DNA from: Bacteroidota bacterium
GTDB taxonomy: Bacteria; Bacteroidota; Bacteroidia; Bacteroidales; JAADJA01
Assembly: GCA_020444515.1 (NCBI GenBank)
Contig: JAHLKX010000002.1
Span: 520,146 to 584,145, forward strand
Direction: 5' to 3'
DNA length: 64,000 bases
Positions within the stretch are counted from its first letter, which is position 1; every line of letters starts with the position of its first letter. The notes below the pieces were generated by a model. It was not told the origin of the DNA, ran no database searches, and saw only the letters and a program-made list of their open reading frames with translations. Below are positions 56,958 to 64,000 of this stretch, piece by piece. Made by a program: the position numbers and the translations under genes.

Positions 56958-57183
56958 ATAACTTTACTTTGTCTTTAATTGATTTCTTCCTCAATCCACG
57001 AGTGTTCATTTTAAGCAAGAGAGCTTGCATCACTCTTGCGTTGATAACAAGGCACCAGTCACAACAGCACACGAGCCTTGATCGCGCGAGTGTTTCTGCA
57101 AAGATAGTGCGAAAGCGTCACTCGTGCATTAAAACACGAGGCTTCAGTCGCACGAATATTCAGCCCTGAGCTGTAAGACTGGC
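56958..57183. repeat. Structured intergenic repeat, copy B (two ~55-nt cores)
   Basis: Cores at about 57022-57072 and 57107-57160. The hairpin at 57107-57153 has stems gtgcg/cgcac, aagc/gctt and ctcgtg/cacgag. The repeat covers the last 8 codons and the stop of the 57160-57657 ORF. Confidence 0.7.
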
Positions 57184-57657
57184 GCCTGATAGCGTATTAA
57201 ATATAATCTTTTTTGATTTTTCCTCAAAACCGACTAGGTCATTTTTGCTCCAGCCTAAGCGGTTCACCTCTCTAATTTCGGCAATGAACTTTTTATTATC
57301 ATAAAAAGTCAGGGCATTTATAATATTCCCGATGCCGTAACTTTTCTTTTTAAAAAATACTTTTAGGTCTTCGTAAGGAATGCTCTGCTGGGATTTTAAA
57401 AATGTAAACTGGTAATAGCTTAGAATTAGTTTTTTATTTGCGTCATCAAAAAAAACTTCGAAAATGAGCCTGGTATTCTTTCTAAACAACAATAGTATTA
57501 TAAGTGAAACAAGGGAAATTTCAATTTTAATCCAATTTTGGACAAACAACTCCAGATTGTAAAATGCCAGAAAAGAATTCACAATTAGGATGTAATAAAC
57601 TTCTCCATTAATCCGGTTAATCCAACTTATTTTTTTAAGATAATTATTACGTTCCAT
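57160..57657 (-). CDS. Hypothetical 2-TM membrane protein with small soluble C-terminal domain
   Basis: 165 aa with TM helices 'VYYILIVNSFLAFYNLELFV' and 'IEISLVSLIILLLF'. AT-rich, and on the same strand as the DUF4062 gene. Confidence 0.55.
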   Translation of the reverse strand: MERNNYLKKISWINRINGEVYYILIVNSFLAFYNLELFVQNWIKIEISLVSLIILLLFRKNTRLIFEVFFDDANKKLILSYYQFTFLKSQQSIPYEDLKVFFKKKSYGIGNIINALTFYDNKKFIAEIREVNRLGWSKNDLVGFEEKSKKIIFNTLSGASLTAQG

Positions 57658-57797
57658 AAATTACAAATCACACCGTTCTCGTCATCTTGTATAACGAGGA
57701 CGAAATTTACATAGAATTTTTCAGTTACATTGTAAATTGTTGTTTATAAAACCTTCGCATATCTTAAGGTGCAGGAGCACATTATTTTTATTTTTCG

Positions 57798-57805
57798 TAA
57801 TTTTG
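57798..57805 (+). promoter_or_regulatory. Candidate Bacteroidota -7 promoter box (TAnnTTTG)
   Basis: 'taattttg', 45 nt upstream of the ATG at 57850. Confidence 0.3.
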
Positions 57806-57849
57806 GAAATCGAATAATAGCATTTCAATTCAATTAAAAATCAATTACT

Positions 57850-59739
57850 ATGAAAAAACTACTACTTATTTGTTTTTCACTCAGTTTTGTGTTTTCAATT
57901 TATGCCCAGCAGCGCACAGTGCCAACCAAAGCCATGCGCGACTTTGCGGTACGCAAAGGACAACCCGTTCACTTTGAAACCGGATTTGAAAAAACAGCCG
58001 GAATCCCTGCCTTGAAAAGTGTGACAGAAGTTGAGGAAGAGATCATTGGTGCCACCCGTTATGACCTGCAGTCTAATGCGAGTTGCCAAAACCGTTTGCA
58101 TGTTTTTGAAGATGGTACCATAGGTGCCACCTGGACCATGGGTTTTGAGGATCCTGGTTTTTCTGATCGTGGTACCGGTTATAATTATTTTGATGGATCA
58201 GAATGGGGCGAAATACCAACACAACATATTGAAAGTTTGCGCACTGGCTGGCCTTCATACGCACCTTATGGTGAGAATGGAGAGCTAGTTGTTTCGCATG
58301 ATTTTGGCCCGGCTCCTGCAGGTGATCCCGGAACGCTTCGTATAAATATTAGAGATACTAAAGGCAGTGGGGTATGGGCTGAAGATGTGTTTTATGGTCC
58401 GGATATCGAAATATCATGGCCACGAGCCACAACCTCGGGAATTGATAATAGTGTAATCCAGATGCTGGCCATCACCTGGCCCACACCCAATGGTGGTCCT
58501 GTTTATGAAGGCTTGGATGGAGCCTTGCTTTATTCACGCTCTGCAGATGGCGGTGCTACCTGGGATCCTCAAAATATGATCCTTGAAGGAATTTCATCTG
58601 ATTATTATTTTGGATTTTCAGCAGATGATTATGATTGGGCCGCATCACAAGGAGATAACATTGCTTTCCTTGCTGGAAATTCATGGTATGACTTCATCTT
58701 GATGAAATCGACGGATGGTGGTGATACCTGGGAAAAAACGGTGATCTGGGAGCATCCCTATCCATTCTTCAGCACGACAACCCCTATTGAAACCGATACT
58801 TTCTATTGTGTTGACGGCGCTCACCACCTGGCTTTCGATTCGCAAGGTAAGGTACACGTTGTCTTTGGAATCAACCGGGCTTATGCAGACGCAGCCGGAA
58901 CATATTGGTTCCCCCTTGTGGATGGTGTGGGCTACTGGAATGAAGATATGCCAACGTTCAGCAATGATCTCAATGCACTGAATCCATATGGTGAAGCAGG
59001 CACTGAACTTGTAGAAGATGAAAGCCTGATTGGTTGGTGGCAGGACCTGAATAACAATGGTGAATGGGATATCCTGGGAGAAGTTGGTGCTTATTACATT
59101 AGTGCATCCGGAATGCCGCAGATCGTAATTGATGATATGGACTATATTTATCTCGTATTTTCAGGGGTAACTGAGTCTTATAATAACGGTGCACAGGATT
59201 TCCGCCACATTTGGGCAAGGGGTTCCTGGGGTGAAGGCGTTTGGGGTGATTTTATTGATCTTACCGGCGATCTGATCCACATCTTTGATGAATGTGTATT
59301 TCCATCAGCTGCTCCGGCAACGGATGATTATTTCTACCTTATGTTCCAGACGGATGCTGAACCAGGACTGGCTGTTCGTGGTGACGAAGATCCTTATACA
59401 GATAATAATATGTATTTTATGAAAGTGAGCCGCAACGACCTTATTCCGGTTGGTGTTGAAGAATTATCCGAGCCCATTACCGCTGAGGGTGTCTCTCAAA
59501 ATATGCCCAATCCGTTTACTGGAACTTCATGGGTAAACATAGAGGTTCAGAAAACCTGTGATCTGAGTCTTGAGGTGACCAACATTACCGGACAGGTTGT
59601 ATATGCCATTGCCCCAAAAGAATTTCAGGCTGGATCTTACCGGCTTCCCATTCACGCCGAAAACCTGACCAAAGGTGTTTATTTTTACACTGTGAAAGCC
59701 GGGGATACTTCAGTAACAAAGAAAATGATTGTTGAATAG
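57850..59739 (+). CDS. Secreted Asp-box beta-propeller-like protein with T9SS type-A C-terminal domain (paralog 4 of 4)
   Basis: Signal peptide MKKLLLICFSLSFVFSIYAQ. Asp-boxes 'SADGGATWD' and 'STDGGDTWEK'. C-terminal domain 'VSQNMPNPFTGTSWV...GVYFYTVKAGDTSVTKKMIVE'. Confidence 0.8.
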   Translation: MKKLLLICFSLSFVFSIYAQQRTVPTKAMRDFAVRKGQPVHFETGFEKTAGIPALKSVTEVEEEIIGATRYDLQSNASCQNRLHVFEDGTIGATWTMGFEDPGFSDRGTGYNYFDGSEWGEIPTQHIESLRTGWPSYAPYGENGELVVSHDFGPAPAGDPGTLRINIRDTKGSGVWAEDVFYGPDIEISWPRATTSGIDNSVIQMLAITWPTPNGGPVYEGLDGALLYSRSADGGATWDPQNMILEGISSDYYFGFSADDYDWAASQGDNIAFLAGNSWYDFILMKSTDGGDTWEKTVIWEHPYPFFSTTTPIETDTFYCVDGAHHLAFDSQGKVHVVFGINRAYADAAGTYWFPLVDGVGYWNEDMPTFSNDLNALNPYGEAGTELVEDESLIGWWQDLNNNGEWDILGEVGAYYISASGMPQIVIDDMDYIYLVFSGVTESYNNGAQDFRHIWARGSWGEGVWGDFIDLTGDLIHIFDECVFPSAAPATDDYFYLMFQTDAEPGLAVRGDEDPYTDNNMYFMKVSRNDLIPVGVEELSEPITAEGVSQNMPNPFTGTSWVNIEVQKTCDLSLEVTNITGQVVYAIAPKEFQAGSYRLPIHAENLTKGVYFYTVKAGDTSVTKKMIVE

Positions 59740-59760
59740 ACAATTGATTGAAAAACCAAA

Positions 59761-59785
59761 AGCCCGGCAATGTCCGGGCTTTTTG
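59761..59785. terminator. Bidirectional rho-independent terminator between convergent genes
   Basis: agcccgg-caatgt-ccgggct with T5 after it and an A-rich run before it. Confidence 0.8.
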
Positions 59786-59787
59786 TT

Positions 59788-61257
59788 TTATAGTGGACTT
59801 TGGTACCCCTGGTTCCCTTTCCAGATTTCATTTTTATCTTTATTGTCTACCTGTCCGTCGAGGTTGTAATCGGCTGATTGATATCCTGGTGATCCGGTAT
59901 AGGAAGACCATATCTGGACTTTGTCGGGATTGGAAATTTGCTGGTCACAATTGCCGTCTCCACCTACCATCACACACGGTCCATTTTGCAAACATTTGTA
60001 ACCGGTGCTGCCTCCCCATGCTGATAATAGATCGAAAGTGAAATCATAATTGTACATTCCATTGAAATTATTGGCTGGTAAGGAGGATAAAATACCCAGA
60101 TGATTCCGGTGCTGAGCAATCACAAAGAGCCATTGATTGATATTTCCGGGCACTTTGGGTAGGTTACCTGAAGCAGCTTGGATTGTTCCGTTTGATAATA
60201 AAATGGCCGCTTCCTTATGAATGGAGGGCGAAGATAATGCTTCAGCTGGTGATGAAGCATCGCGATAATCCAGTAGAATCCAATCAACCATATCCTCTGG
60301 AATGGAAGCCAGGGTTTCATTTCCATTATAATTCCATGGATTACCGGAGAAAGGTTGAACGATGGGCGTTAATCCGGCATCGGCGAGGGTTGTCTGCATC
60401 ATCCCGTCTTTATAAGGTCCTTCCAGATAAAGTTTTAAGTTTATGGGAACCGAGGTGTAATCCCACCCCCGCAGCTTGGCCATCATCCACCAAACCGCTT
60501 TGGCTTTGATGATATTCGAAAGTTCATTAACATGACCGCAGCTGTCTCCGCCGAATGCATCGTGTTGAAGCGGTATGGTATCATTGTTATAGATATAATA
60601 ATTCATTTCACCATTATACCAGCAATCCAGATCAGCAAAGTCAAAAAGCACCTTGTCATTATCCTTACAATATTGCCGGATAATCTCGTTGTTCTGATGA
60701 CGGGAATAACCAAAAACACTGTTCTTTTGGGCATTGCAGGTGAAATAAATAAAGGTTACATCAGGGAAATAGGATTCCAGGGCGGCCAGTGAATCAAAAT
60801 AAATCTGAAGATCCGCTGATGAATAATATTCCATTTGTGTGCACCAGCAAAAAGCCGACACATTGATCTCAGGGTTATTATTCAGTACGTCGATGGTCCA
60901 GCTCATGCCCGATTCATCCAGGTAATAACCTTCAGGAGTGATATAGGTGAAGTTTTCCTGTCCGTCAAAAATACAAAGTGCACCTTCCTCCTCGGGGAGT
61001 GCACTGAACTCAAGTGCAAAGCTGTAGGTTGTATCGGTATTTTCAATGCTTTCCAGTCCGCAGGTCAACGAATGTCCATGGGAAGTATGTGCATAGTGCC
61101 ATTTGATATTTTGTTGTATATCATCAATAACTTCCTGGGGAATCAGGTCGATATCCACACAATTGTGATCTATAACAATTCCCTGGCTTGCTCCTTTTAT
61201 GGTGCAAAGGAGAAAAAGATTTATCAGAAATAAGAAACCGTACTTCATGGCATTCAT
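59788..61257 (-). CDS. Secreted protein: uncharacterised N-terminal (possibly hydrolase-like) domain plus shared C-terminal dockerin-like module
   Basis: Signal peptide 'FLFLINLFLLCTIKGASQ'. The N-terminal domain, with 'WHYAHTSHGHS', is of unknown family. The C-terminal 'LKLYLEGPY...AQHRNHLGILS...GDGNCDQQISNPDK...ADYNLDGQVDNKDK' is homologous to the tails of the giant protein and of the 61430 gene. Confidence 0.7.
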   Translation of the reverse strand: MNAMKYGFLFLINLFLLCTIKGASQGIVIDHNCVDIDLIPQEVIDDIQQNIKWHYAHTSHGHSLTCGLESIENTDTTYSFALEFSALPEEEGALCIFDGQENFTYITPEGYYLDESGMSWTIDVLNNNPEINVSAFCWCTQMEYYSSADLQIYFDSLAALESYFPDVTFIYFTCNAQKNSVFGYSRHQNNEIIRQYCKDNDKVLFDFADLDCWYNGEMNYYIYNNDTIPLQHDAFGGDSCGHVNELSNIIKAKAVWWMMAKLRGWDYTSVPINLKLYLEGPYKDGMMQTTLADAGLTPIVQPFSGNPWNYNGNETLASIPEDMVDWILLDYRDASSPAEALSSPSIHKEAAILLSNGTIQAASGNLPKVPGNINQWLFVIAQHRNHLGILSSLPANNFNGMYNYDFTFDLLSAWGGSTGYKCLQNGPCVMVGGDGNCDQQISNPDKVQIWSSYTGSPGYQSADYNLDGQVDNKDKNEIWKGNQGYQSPL

Positions 61258-61429
61258 CGTTTTAACGCAAAGGGGAATAGGATATCAACTATTTAATGAT
61301 CTGAAACGAACTATCAAAAACATAACTTGATCCATAATGATCCTATCAAAAGGAAGCCAAATATAAGAAAAATATCTTTATATTAAAAATCGATATATGA
61401 AAGTGTATTGATATAAATTGATAAGAGGT

Positions 61430-64000
61430 CTATTTGGGTACCTGCGACCTGTATCCCGATTGGTTTGTCTTAGTCGTGATTTGACCACCGCTTCCGAGGT
61501 TTACTTTCCAGTAATTGGTTTCATCGGTGTTTTGAGCAATACCATTCATGTCAAAGTCTCCTCCAAGGTATCCCGACTGGCCCAGATCTGTTTTCCAGAC
61601 AGCAGTCTCATCTGTATTTTGGATGATTCCATTCCCATTGCCATCGCCGGCAACCATTCCCCAGACACCTATTTCGATTTCCTTGTGACCATTTGCTCCT
61701 CCATATACCTGGCCGGCATCATTGGTAAAATCATAACCATAAATACCACCTGATTCGGATAAAGGGTATGCCGACATAATACCCAGGTGATTTCGCTGAA
61801 ATACAACAACGTAAAGGTTTTGTGAAATTACAGCTGAAAAGCTCAATGCACTTACACCATCCAACCCGACGACGGTTCCGTCAGCCAAAACAAATCCTGC
61901 CTGCTGGCCGATAATAGTTGCTGAGGTAGCATTTTCAGGTGTACCTGAATCGCGTAATTGCACCAATACCCAGTCCACCACATCATTGGGAACAGATGGC
62001 ACGGTCTCAGTCCCGGTATACAGCCATGCAGGGTATTCTTCGTCATAATAAGGGGTGGGAGGATTGTAGGGCTGCAATGTCGGAATGTATCCCCCTGAAA
62101 GGAGGAAAGTTTCCATCAGATGTGAAGCCGAATTATAGGGGCCCTCAAGGAATACTTTTAAATCCACCACTACCTGTGCATTGGAGAACTGGTATTCATA
62201 GGCACCCATGTCTATTCGGTCGTTTGAAATTCGGGGATTCCCTCCCAAATCAAATTCGGGAAGATTCATTCCTGTGGTGTCAGGGTTTCCGGAATCTACA
62301 CAGGGCGAAGTTTCTGCAATATCAAATTGACCATAATAGGGTGTAAATTGCGGATCTGAATCAATATTGCCAGTACCACCATATCCACCTTCTATATCCG
62401 AGTATTCAATGCTTACAGTGCCTCCTGTTGATTCAATTTCAGTTGGTGAATTATTCCAGAAAATTGCGTTTTTGAAAACGGGACTCCCGTTATAATTATA
62501 TAATCCTCCTCCTTCACCTGGTTCACCTACGCTATTCCCGGTGATTGTCACATTGGTAAATATTGAACTATTCCCTTCAAGATAGATCCCTCCACCGTTA
62601 TTGTCTGAAGTTGAATTGTTGGCTATAACCGTATTGTAATAATGATGATTAGCACTGGATTGAAGGTATAAACCACCACCCCGGTCCGCTGAATTGTGCT
62701 CTATCCAGCAGTTTTTGACGGTGGTTTGACTCTGGGTTTGCGAAAAAATTCCCCCACCAATGGCATCCGCATGATTAAACAAAATTTCTACATTATCAAT
62801 AACCGGATCAGAATAGTAGCTTATCCAAATTCCGCCACCAGTTCCAAAATATCCACTTACATGTGTTAGCGCCTGATTGTTTTGAATTGTCGAATTTTTT
62901 ATCATCGCATCGCTATCCCAGTCTATGTACAAGCCGGCGCCGTTGACAGCCGTATTATGATTTATATAAGAAGAGTCGATGGTGACATCACTGTAAAAAT
63001 TAATTTTAATACCACCTCCTTTATAGGTCGTAAAATTGTCATCAATATAACAATCTATCATGCTGGCATTTGAGTAGTTGTAAAAACAGATACCTCCACC
63101 GCCGTTTTCGCTGATGTTGTCTTTTATCCTGATACCATTCAAAACGGGATCACTGTGATTGGAGCAATACATTCCTCCGCCTTCTTCTTCAGCATAGTTC
63201 AACTTAACTTCAAGATCGAAAAGGGTTGGTGAACTGTAATTTTCGAGCCGGATGCCGCCCCCATATTCTCCATAACCTCCTTCAAAACTGATACTGTCGA
63301 TGGTTAACCCGGAATCATTATAACAATAAAGCAACTGGTTTTTATCTTCCCCATAAATGGTTGTTTCTTCTATGCCCTGACCATGCATGTTCACAAAACT
63401 CCGCCAGTTTATTGGAAAAACTTCGCCTGTAGCCCCTTCCGAATAAGTTCCTTCATCGAGATAAATGGTGCGGGGATTGCCTTCATCAGCGAGTATTTTC
63501 AAGCAGGCCATATACATGGTTTTTAGCGGCTCTGATTCAGAAGTGCCAGGATTCTCGTCTGATCCAATCATGCTTACAAATAGATCGCTGGCCACTTGTG
63601 GAATTAACCCGTTATCAATGGTAAAATTGAATTTGCTGAAGGGATAGGCAAAGTGTTTATGCGGATTGGCTACGGTGAAGGTATCCAAGATGACTGAAGT
63701 TGATGTTTGATAGCCTGCGTAATAGAAATCAAGACCTGCTCCCCCTGCATAATTTAAATAGACCTGGTTTTTATCGGTATCGTCGAAAAAGAAATTACCA
63801 CCGGAGGCATAATAAATAGCACCGCCAAATTGTTCGGCTCTGTTATTGCGAATGGTATTCCCGGCCAGGTAAATATTGGATGAATAAGCGCTCAAAGCAC
63901 CGCCATTATTAGCCCTGTTGTTTTGGAACAGGTTATCTTTAAAATAAAAGTCACCGGCTGAATTGCCATACATAGCACCGCCATTGGGCGCATAATTATT
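61430..64000 (-). CDS. Secreted right-handed beta-helix (PbH1/choice-of-anchor-like) repeat protein with shared C-terminal dockerin-like module; 5' end outside window
   Basis: The frame is open to the window edge. Repeated 'NGGGIY', 'GGGLY' and 'GGAIYY' turns. The helix ends with 'DPQFTPYYGQFDIAETSPCVDSGNP...RIDMGAYEY', followed by 'LKVFLEGPY...FQRNHLGIMS...GDGNGNGIIQNTDE...GDFDMNGIAQNTDE'. Confidence 0.8.
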   Translation of the reverse strand, partial: NNYAPNGGAMYGNSAGDFYFKDNLFQNNRANNGGALSAYSSNIYLAGNTIRNNRAEQFGGAIYYASGGNFFFDDTDKNQVYLNYAGGAGLDFYYAGYQTSTSVILDTFTVANPHKHFAYPFSKFNFTIDNGLIPQVASDLFVSMIGSDENPGTSESEPLKTMYMACLKILADEGNPRTIYLDEGTYSEGATGEVFPINWRSFVNMHGQGIEETTIYGEDKNQLLYCYNDSGLTIDSISFEGGYGEYGGGIRLENYSSPTLFDLEVKLNYAEEEGGGMYCSNHSDPVLNGIRIKDNISENGGGGICFYNYSNASMIDCYIDDNFTTYKGGGIKINFYSDVTIDSSYINHNTAVNGAGLYIDWDSDAMIKNSTIQNNQALTHVSGYFGTGGGIWISYYSDPVIDNVEILFNHADAIGGGIFSQTQSQTTVKNCWIEHNSADRGGGLYLQSSANHHYYNTVIANNSTSDNNGGGIYLEGNSSIFTNVTITGNSVGEPGEGGGLYNYNGSPVFKNAIFWNNSPTEIESTGGTVSIEYSDIEGGYGGTGNIDSDPQFTPYYGQFDIAETSPCVDSGNPDTTGMNLPEFDLGGNPRISNDRIDMGAYEYQFSNAQVVVDLKVFLEGPYNSASHLMETFLLSGGYIPTLQPYNPPTPYYDEEYPAWLYTGTETVPSVPNDVVDWVLVQLRDSGTPENATSATIIGQQAGFVLADGTVVGLDGVSALSFSAVISQNLYVVVFQRNHLGIMSAYPLSESGGIYGYDFTNDAGQVYGGANGHKEIEIGVWGMVAGDGNGNGIIQNTDETAVWKTDLGQSGYLGGDFDMNGIAQNTDETNYWKVNLGSGGQITTKTNQSGYRSQVPK

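Noticed and set aside
56969-57169. 66-aa plus-strand ORF between the island genes
   Set aside because: It is composed almost entirely of the structured repeat (copy B). The equivalent reading frame is not preserved in copy A, so it is not a gene.
55895-57183. Calling the island a classical integron cassette array
   Set aside because: No integron integrase lies in the window. I also could not find convincing R''(RYYYAAC) or R'(GTTRRRY) core sites at the ends of the repeats. The attC analogy is kept only as a hypothesis to test.

Overview
This is a dense Bacteroidota-type chromosomal segment of about 40 genes. The phylum call rests on five T9SS type-A C-terminal sorting domains, a SusC/SusD pair, DUF4249/TonB-dependent receptor genes and almost no Shine-Dalgarno sites. 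I saw no rRNA, tRNA, CRISPR array, transposase or integrase.

Gene content from left to right:
- rpoN 3' end, a PAP2-like membrane protein, an OM beta-barrel protein and corA.
- A tandem pair of Asp-box/T9SS secreted paralogs, then a porin-like OMP.
- A tight five-gene operon: unknown protein, STN-TonB-dependent receptor, two DUF4249 lipoproteins, and a barrel-less MG2/CarboxypepD/Plug-like protein.
- SusC/SusD.
- A divergent MIO ammonia-lyase with two duplicated 141-aa membrane proteins, then a thioredoxin-like gene.
- A wbuC-like, hisS, hutH string.
- An RND efflux operon (MFP-RND-TolC) and a GEVED/T9SS surface protein.
- An lptF/G-like, GT4, GT4, small membrane proteins, ogt operon, then a GNAT-like gene.
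- A third Asp-box/T9SS paralog.
- A small degenerate acylphosphatase-like ORF followed by a 3396-aa giant gene. The giant gene has a gingipain-like C25 peptidase head, a long beta-helix-like body and three exact 348-codon repeats.
- A roughly 2 kb low-GC island: a DUF4062/TIR-like gene and a 2-TM gene separated by structured repeats.
- A fourth Asp-box/T9SS paralog.
- Two further secreted proteins.

Most interesting observations:
1. The low-GC, cassette-like DUF4062 island at 55.8-57.85 kb is a candidate mobile defence module.
2. A roughly 250-aa C-terminal module with two dockerin/EF-hand-type calcium loops is shared by the giant protein and the last two genes. It takes the place of the T9SS C-terminal domain.
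3. A conserved 46-nt element with an internal direct repeat lies upstream of two distant paralogs.

All domain calls come from reading motifs by eye. No searches were run.
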